From a virus (taxonomy: Duplodnaviria > Caudoviricetes): DNA of 37,746 nt. A program made the position numbers and the translations under genes. The stretch covers positions 1-37,746 of IMG/VR virus record IMGVR_UViG_3300037478_000487. One strand, given 5' to 3'. Position 1 is the first letter of the stretch. The number at the start of each line of letters is the position of its first letter. The notes under the pieces were generated by a model. The model was given only the letters and a program-made list of their open reading frames with translations. It made no database searches and was not told the origin of the DNA. This document shows, one piece after another, positions 8,906 to 16,200 of this stretch.

Positions 8906-9249
8906 CCGCCATGCTTCTCACCGCCGGCGACGTCGCCGAGAGGCTGCGCATCTCGAAGCGGACGGCCTACGAAGTGATCAAAGGCATCCCGTTCCACGTG
9001 CGCGTCGGCCGCCGGTTGCTGTTACCCTCCGACGCGCTCGAGCGCTGGATCGTTTCGGGAGGAGATCGGTGGCGAAGCTCTACAAGCGCGACGACTCCCC
9101 CTACTGGTGGGCCACCGGCTACGACCACCGCGGACGACGGTGGCGCGCCAGCACCCGAACCGCCGACCACGCTGCCGCCCGGATCGTTGCGAAGCGTGTC
9201 GAGCGGCAGAGACTACTGGCGACGTCCGAAGGGCCCACGCTCCGGCTGA
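8902..9249 (+). CDS. xis: Excisionase-like HTH DNA-binding protein
   Basis: LLTAGDVAERLRISKRTAYEVI...VRVGRRLLLPSDALERWI is a MerR-like/HTH_17 excisionase pattern directly before the integrase. Start is GTG 8902 or ATG 8911. Confidence 0.8.
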   Translation: MTAMLLTAGDVAERLRISKRTAYEVIKGIPFHVRVGRRLLLPSDALERWIVSGGDRWRSSTSATTPPTGGPPATTTADDGGAPAPEPPTTLPPGSLRSVSSGRDYWRRPKGPRSG

Positions 9250-10118
9250 GCGACGCGCTCGAGCGCCTGCGCGCACACAAGGCCCGCGCCGGCCGCGCCG
9301 ACGCCACCATGAGCGTGCTCGCCGCAAAGGGCGGCCGGCTCCTCCACGAGCTCGGTGACGACCGCAACCTCGCCACGCTCGCACTCGGTGACGCCGACGC
9401 CTACGTCGACACGAGGCTAGCCGCGGGCGTCTCGCTCCACACGATCGCGAAGGAGTGGGGCACGCTCCGCGCTGCGCTGCGGCTCGCGCGCCGACACGGG
9501 CTCTACCTGCGCGACCCGATCGACCTCTGGCCCGACGCGCTGCACGACGTCTACACGCCGCGGACACGGTGGCTCACCGTCGAAGAGTACCAGCAGATGC
9601 TCCTCACGATCCCGCCTAGGCGTCGCGATCACTTCGTCGTCTTCGTCCACACCGGCGTGAGGCACAGCGAGCTTCACGCGCTCACCGCGGACGACGTCAA
9701 CACCGAGGCGCGAGCGATCGCGATCCGAGGGACGAAGACGGCGGGCTCGACGCGTACTGTCCCCCTCTCGGCCGAAGCATGGGAGGTGATCGGTCCGCGC
9801 GCATCGAAGGGGGGCCGGCTCTTCGCCGATGCATGGGGCCGCTCTGCACTCGCCCGCGCACTCAAGGCCGCGTCGAAGCGGGCGGGGATCCCGAAGGTCG
9901 ACTCGACGAACGACCTGCGCCGCACGTTCGCCACCTGGCTCCTTCACGCCGGCGTCCCCGAAGCAACGACGATCCGCCTGCTCGGCCACACGTCGAGCGC
10001 GATGGTCCGCCGCGTCTACGCGCAGCACAGCCCCGAGCTGCTCCGCAAGGCGATCGACGCCCTGCCCCGGACGCGTGCCAGATACGTGACCACGCACCCT
10101 GCACGCCACCGCACGTGA
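9069..10118 (+). CDS. int: Tyrosine recombinase (phage integrase)
   Basis: GGAGGAG RBS; N-terminal arm-binding-like region; HTGVRHSEL (R), GTKT (K), NDLRRTFATW (R), LLGH (H) and VRRVYA (Y). Confidence 0.95.
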   Translation: MAKLYKRDDSPYWWATGYDHRGRRWRASTRTADHAAARIVAKRVERQRLLATSEGPTLRLSDALERLRAHKARAGRADATMSVLAAKGGRLLHELGDDRNLATLALGDADAYVDTRLAAGVSLHTIAKEWGTLRAALRLARRHGLYLRDPIDLWPDALHDVYTPRTRWLTVEEYQQMLLTIPPRRRDHFVVFVHTGVRHSELHALTADDVNTEARAIAIRGTKTAGSTRTVPLSAEAWEVIGPRASKGGRLFADAWGRSALARALKAASKRAGIPKVDSTNDLRRTFATWLLHAGVPEATTIRLLGHTSSAMVRRVYAQHSPELLRKAIDALPRTRARYVTTHPARHRT

Positions 10119-10264
10119 CGCACGCCCTGCACGTCCTCGCACTCGGAATCGAGTGGAGTCGCGTGGTTACGGAGGTGTCACACTGGCCTTTCACGCCAGC
10201 GACGCGGGTTCAAATCCCGCTGGGGACGCCAGGACTTACGCGACCCCATTCCCCGGCACGTGAC
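10084..10264 (+). repeat. Putative integrase arm-type sites flanking the att core
   Basis: ACGTGAC occurs at 10084, 10113 and 10258. The first two copies extend into imperfect direct repeats (CGTGACcacgcaCCCTGCACG / CGTGACgcacgCCCTGCACG). Confidence 0.5.
10180..10231 (+). other. attP core: 3' portion of tRNA-Glu(TTC), ending in CCA
   Basis: Anticodon arm CTGGC-CTTTCAC-GCCAG, T arm GCGGG-TTCAAAT-CCCGC and acceptor 3' strand TGGGGAC-G-CCA. There is no 5' acceptor strand (GTCCCC) or D arm upstream. It lies 62 bp downstream of the integrase. Confidence 0.9.
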
Positions 10265-10403
10265 AAATGCGTGCAGGCGATTCGAGCGGTCCAGACCCCC
10301 GAGGGTAGCGGCTCCACCCCGGAAGGCCTCAGCGAGGCGCCTGGTGGCGGGAGCGGCGAGGGGACCTGAACGCGTCCGGTTGTAGGCCCCTCGGTCCTTC
10401 TAA

Positions 10404-10438
10404 GTGCCGGCCGGCACGAAATCCCTCCACGGAGGGAT
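10404..10438. terminator. Hairpins between the convergent operons (putative terminator)
   Basis: Perfect palindrome GTGCCGGCCGGCAC (10404-10417) and hairpin ATCCCTC-CACG-GAGGGAT (10421-10438) abutting the last late-gene stop. U-tracts are weak. Confidence 0.45.
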
Positions 10439-11130
10439 CACTTCGTGATCTCCCGCAGGATCGCCGCGCGGTCGAGGAACGGGAACCACAGGTCGTTGTC
10501 GTCCTGCGTGAGCCAGCGACGCCAGATCGGGAAGAGCGGGTCGCTCGGGTGCACGATCCACCGGCCGCCGATCGCGCCCTCGGGCTGTCCCTCGCCCTCA
10601 AAGAACCGCGCGCGCGGGTTGCGCGTCGTGTGCCCGTCGGTGTCGTGAGCGACGACGCGGTTGTCGACGCAGCCGACGCGGCAAAGGGCGTCACGGAGCT
10701 GATCGGCGAAGCCACCGTCACCGCCCGGCGCCTCGTCAGGGCCCGGTCCGTGTGCCGTCGAGCAGCAGTAGAGCGGCACGATCACCGCGCGCGTGGCCTT
10801 CGCCGCGATCGCGGTGGCGAGTACGGTCGCGGACATTCCCATCCTCGGGCGCAGGTCGAAGCCCGCCTCGATGCCGCGCGCCCAGCCGTGGCAGAAGAAC
10901 GCGACGCACACGAGCCGTCGCCCGCCGTACTCGTCGAGCGTTCTCAGCACGTCGCTGGCGCGGCGAAGCATCGGCTGCGAGTCGTCGAAAAGCATGAGCC
11001 GCCCGCCGTGCATCCGAACGAACGCCTCGCCCCGGCGCTGGAACTCGTCGGCGTCGTGACGGCCGGGCGTGTTGCGCATTGTAGCGAACGCGAGGACGCC
11101 GCCGGCCGTGTCGTCGACGATCACGCTCAC
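10438..11130 (-). CDS. Caspase/CHAT/DUF4347-like (clan CD) cysteine peptidase
   Basis: GTG start at 11130 overlaps the upstream stop. Hydrophobic strand + HG (VAFFCHG), hydrophobic strand + C about 42 aa later (IVPLYCCST), then FADQLRDAL and VVAH. Confidence 0.65.
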   Translation of the reverse strand: MSVIVDDTAGGVLAFATMRNTPGRHDADEFQRRGEAFVRMHGGRLMLFDDSQPMLRRASDVLRTLDEYGGRRLVCVAFFCHGWARGIEAGFDLRPRMGMSATVLATAIAAKATRAVIVPLYCCSTAHGPGPDEAPGGDGGFADQLRDALCRVGCVDNRVVAHDTDGHTTRNPRARFFEGEGQPEGAIGGRWIVHPSDPLFPIWRRWLTQDDNDLWFPFLDRAAILREITK

Positions 11131-11312
11131 GCCGCCTGCTTTCGTGCAGCTCGTGCCGCCTTCGCCTTCGCGATGATCGACGGCGTCTGCGAGCGGCGCA
11201 TCAGGGGCCGGGTGTCGCCGCGATCGCGGATCTCCTCGATGACGGCCGCGCAGATCGGACATCGGCGGACGCGCGTGCGGAAGACGTGGATCGCGCAGTC
11301 GGCGGTGATCAC
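11127..11312 (-). CDS. Small basic Cys/His hypothetical protein
   Basis: GTGA overlaps at both ends; CAIH...CPIC; basic C-terminus. Confidence 0.55.
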   Translation of the reverse strand: MITADCAIHVFRTRVRRCPICAAVIEEIRDRGDTRPLMRRSQTPSIIAKAKAARAARKQAA

Positions 11313-11422
11313 GGCCGCTCCCGCGAGAGCACCCACAGGATCCACGCGACGTACGCGACGTACGCGACGTATGCGCCGGTCTGCACGGACAGTGCGATCA
11401 GGATCACGGCGCCGACGCTCAC
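11309..11422 (-). CDS. 37-aa membrane peptide (not in the ORF track)
   Basis: MSVGAVILIALSVQTGAYVAYVAYVAWILWVLSRERP; exact GTGA overlaps at both ends. Confidence 0.6.
   Translation of the reverse strand: MSVGAVILIALSVQTGAYVAYVAYVAWILWVLSRERP
11345..11371. repeat. 9-bp tandem repeat (CGCGACGTA)x3
   Basis: Seen directly; encodes YVA x3 in the membrane peptide. Confidence 0.9.
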
Positions 11423-11634
11423 GGCAGCCCCGCCGGCAGTTCGGGCACGTTCAGCTTCGCGGCCACGCGACCGAGCGCCTCCCGCTCGAGCACCTCGGCG
11501 AGCAAGATCGACGCGGCCGTGCGGTTGTCGAGGCGGCCGAGCGGGTGGACCTTCGCGTCACCCCGCGCGATCGCGAGCCAGCCGTACCAGCCCTCGGCGG
11601 TCGGGAGCGTGCGGAGGACGACGCGGCTCCTCAC
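11419..11634 (-). CDS. Hypothetical protein
   Basis: GTG 11634 overlaps the upstream stop; MRSRVVLRTLPTAEGWYGWLAIARG... Confidence 0.55.
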   Translation of the reverse strand: MRSRVVLRTLPTAEGWYGWLAIARGDAKVHPLGRLDNRTAASILLAEVLEREALGRVAAKLNVPELPAGLP

Positions 11635-11864
11635 GTCGCCCCAGGACGGAACGCGTGGAGGGGGCAGCTCCCCGCCGTGCACTCGCGGATCCGCGTGAAC
11701 ACGCCAGGGTCCGCGTCACCGCCCTGGCAGTCCCAGCACTTCGCCTTGATTGCGAGCTGGCGGCTCCTGGGGTTCGCGGCTGCCTGCTCGAGAGGGGTCC
11801 GCCGTTTCGCCGCTGGGGTCGATTGAGTGCTCTGGGGAGCATTCGTTGAGGGGTCGGCGCTCAT
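11631..11864 (-). CDS. Small zinc-binding phage protein (AIKAKCWDC...C....CPL..FR type)
   Basis: ATGA overlap; four-Cys pattern recurrent in phage hypothetical proteins. Confidence 0.7.
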   Translation of the reverse strand: MSADPSTNAPQSTQSTPAAKRRTPLEQAAANPRSRQLAIKAKCWDCQGGDADPGVFTRIRECTAGSCPLHAFRPGAT

Positions 11865-12529
11865 CGGACACCCCAGAAGAGGGTGCGCGCCCCCTCGACC
11901 GGCACGTGTCGCCAGCCGGCCCGCACGGCGCGCTCGAGGTCGGGCCCATGCGGCGCCCCGAAGTGGACGGCACGGCGGTCGAGTTCGACGACGAGGTCGC
12001 CTGCGAGGTAGCGCTCGACGACGGCGACGACCGCGACGCAGCCCGGTCGCCACCGTGCCCACGAGAGGCGCGGGTTCCAGCGCTCGGGCTCGTCGCAGTC
12101 GACGTCGAGGTGTGCGAGCCACGGGCGGACCGCGGCCGGTCTCGCCTCGAGATGGCAGTCGCGGTCGAAGGCCGACGAGTACCGGCACGCGACGGCGGCG
12201 GTGAGAGCGCGCCCGGGCGAACGACGCGCGAGCACCTCGAGAATCGCGCCGTGCCCGGGCGTGAGGCGCAGGCCCTCCTCGGCGACGAGGACGCGGAGGA
12301 GCGCGCGGTTGACAGACGCGTCGTCGGTTGACGGTTCAGTGATCTGTTCAGCGGGTCGGTCGTCCGCGTGAACGTCGCCGACGTCGCCACACTGGACGAC
12401 GATCATCCCGAGCGCGATCGCGACGAGCACGAGCGGAACGAGCGCCCATCGCCGGTCGCGCGCGTGCGCAGCGGCGACGAGGCGGTCGTCGAGCGGGCGA
12501 ACGTACATGGCGTATTCGGGCCACCTCAT
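11861..12529 (-). CDS. SleB/Hydrolase_2-like cell-wall hydrolase with N-terminal TM (candidate endolysin)
   Basis: TM segment WALVPLVLVAIALGMIVV. LLRVLVAEEG (catalytic Glu), AILEVLARR, AVHF and terminal GARTLFW align by eye with the SleB pattern. It lies in the lysis-like cluster. Confidence 0.55.
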   Translation of the reverse strand: MRWPEYAMYVRPLDDRLVAAAHARDRRWALVPLVLVAIALGMIVVQCGDVGDVHADDRPAEQITEPSTDDASVNRALLRVLVAEEGLRLTPGHGAILEVLARRSPGRALTAAVACRYSSAFDRDCHLEARPAAVRPWLAHLDVDCDEPERWNPRLSWARWRPGCVAVVAVVERYLAGDLVVELDRRAVHFGAPHGPDLERAVRAGWRHVPVEGARTLFWGVR

Positions 12530-12762
12530 CGCGAGCTCCCGGTCGGCTCACCGCGCAGGATCCGCTCGAGCTCCTCGCGCCGTGCAGCGTCGGCGGGAGC
12601 CACGTCGATCGGGTCCTTCACCGCTGCCTCGGCGCGCGCGAGCTTCGCCTCGACGTCCTCCTTGCTCGTCCCGAAGATCGCCGCTAATGCCTCGACGACG
12701 CCGGGCAGCTTGCCCAGCGCGGTGATCGCCACGACGACCGCGGGCCCGACACTGGCGATCAC
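12526..12762 (-). CDS. Hypothetical membrane-associated protein
   Basis: GTG 12762 overlap; hydrophobic N-terminus MIASVGPAVVVAITALG, then a helical region. Confidence 0.6.
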   Translation of the reverse strand: MIASVGPAVVVAITALGKLPGVVEALAAIFGTSKEDVEAKLARAEAAVKDPIDVAPADAARREELERILRGEPTGSSR

Positions 12763-13310
12763 GACGCACCCCCGAGCTCGCCCGGCAGCCCCGGTAGGTG
12801 GACGCCCGGCGCGATCGTCGCGAGCACGTCGACGAGAGTCCCGTAAGCGGCGACGACGAGAGCCCCGAGCCGGATCAGCAACGCGAGGCCGAACGATTCG
12901 GTGTGTGCTGCTACCGCGATACGCAGGCCCTCGATCCACTCGTCGAGCGCGTCGAAGAGGTGATTGCGCGCGGCCATCGCCGGCGCCCACTTCTGCTCGC
13001 GCTCGACGAGCTCGGCGCGGTAGTGAGCGGCCCGCTCCTGCGAGCAGCCACCCGCACCGCATTCGGCGCGTGACGCCGCGAGCGCTTCGTCGAGGTCTCG
13101 GGCCCTGACGGTGACGAGAACCTCGTCGACCTCGTGCGCCACCGAGTAGGTCACAGCGATCGTGTCGGCCTGCGCTCCGATCGCGGACGCGCCGCACCCG
13201 CTCAGCACCTGGCCGAGGAGAGCGACCGTCCCGATCGCGGCGAGGACCACGAAGACGCGCACGGCGTCCCGCGCGCCCACGACGATTCCGAATCCGTCTC
13301 TGTCTCGCAT
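12759..13310 (-). CDS. Lipoprotein, helical (possible spanin component)
   Basis: GGAG RBS; hydrophobic signal followed by lipobox VLSG-C; alpha-helical body with a hydrophobic C-terminal segment. Confidence 0.6.
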   Translation of the reverse strand: MRDRDGFGIVVGARDAVRVFVVLAAIGTVALLGQVLSGCGASAIGAQADTIAVTYSVAHEVDEVLVTVRARDLDEALAASRAECGAGGCSQERAAHYRAELVEREQKWAPAMAARNHLFDALDEWIEGLRIAVAAHTESFGLALLIRLGALVVAAYGTLVDVLATIAPGVHLPGLPGELGGAS

Positions 13311-13409
13311 GGCTCGCTCCCGTGGGGATCGCGAGCACCTCTTCGACGGCGAGCTCGAGCGGCTCGAGCGTGCGGTCCAAGCGGCCTCGCCCCGCGGGGG
13401 CGTGCGACG

Positions 13410-13733
13410 TCAGGTCTTCGTCGTCTCCTCCTCTCGGATCTCGGGGCAGCGCGACGATAGCTCACCCGTCCCGCACGTCCAGTCGTGCTCGTGCTCCGGC
13501 TCCGTACTCACGCACGGAGAGTACACGAGCCAGCAATCGCGTCGGTGCACGTGGACGGCTGGCAGCGGGCCGGGCGGCGTGAGCGACTTCACGAGACTGT
13601 CGCTCGCGCGCACGACGCGCTCGACGGCCTTGCGGCAGGCATCACCGGCGGCGATCAGTTGGTTGATCTCGTGCGTGACCGCAGTTACCTCTTCGTCGTC
13701 CTCGTTCTCGTCGACGATGCGCTTGTGGGTCAA
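13410..13733 (-). CDS. Hypothetical protein with C-terminal His/Cys cluster
   Basis: GGGGAGGG RBS and TTG start overlapping the upstream stop; H..DC....PC......H.HDWTC. Confidence 0.55.
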   Translation of the reverse strand: MTHKRIVDENEDDEEVTAVTHEINQLIAAGDACRKAVERVVRASDSLVKSLTPPGPLPAVHVHRRDCWLVYSPCVSTEPEHEHDWTCGTGELSSRCPEIREEETTKT

Positions 13734-14080
13734 CGATCCCTCCCCGCGTCCTCGAGCCGCTCGGCGAACCGGTTGAGCGCAGCGGTGACGCCCGTGATGC
13801 AGTCGCGCATCTCCCGCACGTACGTCCCCGTATCGGTGTTGCGCTTGTCCTGCAAGTCCCCCAGAGCGCGACGCTCCGCCTGTAGCTGATTCCAGAGCGT
13901 GCGGATCGCGATCCCCGACGCCAAAAGCATGATCGCCACGACGGCAGCGATCGGGCCGCCGACCTCCCACGCCTGCGAGACGATCCCCGTCGGGTCCTGT
14001 GCCTCGGCGATCCCGACCGCGACGAGCGACAGCGCCGCGCTAGCGGCGACGATCCCGCTCACGTAGTGACGCGTTTTCAC
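13730..14080 (-). CDS. Two-TM membrane protein with coiled-coil tail (holin-like)
   Basis: GGAG RBS, GTG 14080; two hydrophobic segments then a charged coiled coil; located after the tail genes. Confidence 0.55.
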   Translation of the reverse strand: MKTRHYVSGIVAASAALSLVAVGIAEAQDPTGIVSQAWEVGGPIAAVVAIMLLASGIAIRTLWNQLQAERRALGDLQDKRNTDTGTYVREMRDCITGVTAALNRFAERLEDAGRDR

Positions 14081-14406
14081 TCCGTCCTCATGGCGTTCCG
14101 AGCTCGTGCAAGCTCGCGCTGCACGACGAGACGCTCCTCGGCGGTGCGCAGCTCGGCGCGCAGCCGATCGCACTCCCGACGCTCGGCCGCGATCGCTCGG
14201 GACGCAGCGGCGCGACAGTGATCGAGGACGATGGCGACGGCGTCCTCGCGATCCTCGTCGCGCAGAGCCGAGGGTGACAGAGCGGGCAGTGAGAGTCGTG
14301 CGGCGAGGTGCTCGAGAACAAGCTCGGCGGTGCTGACGCTGACCGAGCTGCGTCGAGCGCGGGGCGTGTCGCGGACGGTGGGGGTGTCGTCATCATCGGC
14401 GGGCAC
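14077..14406 (-). CDS. Hypothetical coiled-coil protein
   Basis: Protein-like frame whose stop overlaps the next GTG; start uncertain (GTG 14406). Confidence 0.5.
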   Translation of the reverse strand: MPADDDDTPTVRDTPRARRSSVSVSTAELVLEHLAARLSLPALSPSALRDEDREDAVAIVLDHCRAAASRAIAAERRECDRLRAELRTAEERLVVQRELARARNAMRTE

Positions 14407-14407
14407 A

Positions 14408-14701
14408 TCATGCTTTCGTCGGATCCTCGACACGGAGCGTGAACCGGGCCTTGCGGACGATGCTCGGGCTCGACCACGTCGCGACGACGAGGGCCCGGTA
14501 GGTCCCGTGCACGTCGAGCTCGCCGGGCGCGACCTGCCTCTGCACGTTTGTCGGCGCGATCGTGATCCCCGTGCTCCAAACGGCGACGGTCGCCGCTCCC
14601 GGCTTGCGCACCTCGATCGTCACCGTCGCCCCCGTCGCGTCGAACGGCATCGTCACCTGGAGCGTGTCGCCGTACTCGCCGAGAAAGAAGTCGGCTGCCA
14701 T
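14408..14701 (-). CDS. Small beta-sandwich virion protein (BppU-N-like)
   Basis: GEYGDTLQVT..FDATGATVTIEVRKPG...GELDVHGTY pattern; follows the fibre genes. Confidence 0.55.
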   Translation of the reverse strand: MAADFFLGEYGDTLQVTMPFDATGATVTIEVRKPGAATVAVWSTGITIAPTNVQRQVAPGELDVHGTYRALVVATWSSPSIVRKARFTLRVEDPTKA

Positions 14702-16197
14702 CAGGCCACCCGTCCGTGTTTGGTCACGACGCTACCGATGCGGCCGAAGCCGGTCCGCGCCCCGTGGAGAGCCGGCTCTCCGCGCGGTATCCGGTGGCTC
14801 GCGGCAGTCCCGCGGACGACGACGCCCACGATCGGCACCCCGCCTGCCATTGACAGCGTCGCAATGGCACTCGCCGCGCCCTGGGCCGCACCCGCGAGAT
14901 CCGCCTGGCCGTGCAACATGCCCGCTGCCGTCGCGGCACCGCCAGCGCTGCCAAAGATCGCGCCGTCAGTGGCGCCGTCGATCGTGCCGGTCGCTGTGCT
15001 CGTGCCCGCGACAACTCCAACGAGCGCCCCGACGCCATCGAGCGTGGCGGTTGCCGTCGCCGTCGCAGCCGTCGCGCCAACGAGAGCGCCTTCGGCCCGG
15101 AGCGTCGCACCGGTCGCGGCCACTCCGCTCGACGCGCCGGAGAGTGCGCCGGTCCCCGCGAGCGTCGCAGATGAGATCGCGGTTCCCGCCGCGAACGCAA
15201 CGAGGGCGCCGCTCCCGCTCAGGTCCGCTCCCGCACTCGAGGACCCGGCCGCACTGCCCGAAGCCGCTCCGCTTCCAGCCTCCACGAGATCGCCGGTGGT
15301 CGTGGCCGCGCCGCTCGTTGTCCCAACGAGCGCACCCGATCCGACAAGAGCTGCCGAGGCCGTCGCCGCGCCTGGCGACGATCCGACGAGCGCACCCGTC
15401 GCAGCGAGTAGCGCGACCGCTGCCGCTGCGGCGACGATCGTTCCGGCGAGGCTGCCACCGCCGGAGAGCACGCCGGTGCTCGTCGCGCTGCCAGCGGTCG
15501 CGCCGGAGATCGCGCCCGACGCGGCCTCGACGAGATCCCCGGTCGCTGTGGCACTGCCGGCGGCTGCGCCCGCGAGCGCGCCCGTCGCTGAGAGATCTGC
15601 GCTGACCGTGGCGACGCCGGGCGCTACGCCGCCGAGTGCACCCGTGCCAACGATGGCACCGGCGACGGTGGTTGCACCGGCGCTCGAGCCCGTGATCTGC
15701 GAAGCACCAGCCGTGACGTCGGCGTTCCACTCGACGGCGCCGATCTCAATCCTGCGCCGGTTGCTACCCGATCCGCTCGCGCCGCCGCCTGTCTGTTGGA
15801 GCCTGCACTCGACGAGCGATCCATCCGCGGTGCCGAGTGACGCCGCATCCCATGTGCCGGACACGACCTCGCCGGGATCGAGTGCCGTAGTCGTACCTGT
15901 CGCGAGCACGGCGACCTGCGCGCCGTTCTCCCACAGCGCGAGACTCCACGTCGTGCTGTTGCCGCCGCTCGCGTTTTTTCGGATCTGGACGCGGAAGTTC
16001 TGGAGCCCGCTGCCGGTCGTGGGAGCACCACCGCTCGGCGTAGGGAACGAGACGCGGCAGTCCGTGTTGTTGTTCTCGCCGTCGTGGGTCAGCCATTCGG
16101 AATCGGGCGAGTCGGGGTCGTCATCGACGTTCGCGACGGCGCCCGACAGCGCGGTCTGGACGAGCAGTGCGTCTGGCGCGAGGCGCTCAGCCGACAC
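14701..16197 (-). CDS. Fibre-like virion protein with N-terminal globular domain and 14 Gly/Ala/Ser/Thr repeats
   Basis: About 165-aa beta-rich N-terminus, then 20/22-aa repeats. Confidence 0.75.
   Translation of the reverse strand: MSAERLAPDALLVQTALSGAVANVDDDPDSPDSEWLTHDGENNNTDCRVSFPTPSGGAPTTGSGLQNFRVQIRKNASGGNSTTWSLALWENGAQVAVLATGTTTALDPGEVVSGTWDAASLGTADGSLVECRLQQTGGGASGSGSNRRRIEIGAVEWNADVTAGASQITGSSAGATTVAGAIVGTGALGGVAPGVATVSADLSATGALAGAAAGSATATGDLVEAASGAISGATAGSATSTGVLSGGGSLAGTIVAAAAAVALLAATGALVGSSPGAATASAALVGSGALVGTTSGAATTTGDLVEAGSGAASGSAAGSSSAGADLSGSGALVAFAAGTAISSATLAGTGALSGASSGVAATGATLRAEGALVGATAATATATATLDGVGALVGVVAGTSTATGTIDGATDGAIFGSAGGAATAAGMLHGQADLAGAAQGAASAIATLSMAGGVPIVGVVVRGTAASHRIPRGEPALHGARTGFGRIGSVVTKHGRVA
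14839..15696 (-). repeat. 14 degenerate 60/66-bp coding repeats
   Basis: Consensus LxGxxAGxATxxGxLxGxGA; unit lengths 20,20,22,20,20,20,22,20,20,20,20,22,20,20 aa. Confidence 0.8.
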
Positions 16198-16200
16198 CGA

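Noticed and set aside
10150-10231. Complete phage tRNA-Glu gene
   Set aside because: There is no 5' acceptor strand complementary to TGGGGAC and no D arm. It is a 3' fragment serving as attP.
10232-10300. Theta/HDV-like ribozyme after the tRNA 3' end
   Set aside because: No P1 partner for the GGACTTAC start and no HDV-type nested pseudoknot could be built by eye.
13311-13409. ncRNA in the ~100-bp gap within the lysis region
   Set aside because: Only a short GC hairpin (CGCCCC-GCG-GGGGCG) is visible, which is insufficient evidence at this GC content.
14088-14411. Alternative-frame ORF MMCPPMMTT... with an ATGA overlap
   Set aside because: Its Pro/Ser-rich composition is typical of an off-frame read. 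The 14077-14406 frame is more protein-like and couples to the next gene, though this is not fully excluded.
14839-15696. CRISPR array or DGR template/variable repeat
   Set aside because: The repeats are degenerate in-frame coding units without spacers. There is no reverse transcriptase or adenine-specific repeat pair in the window.
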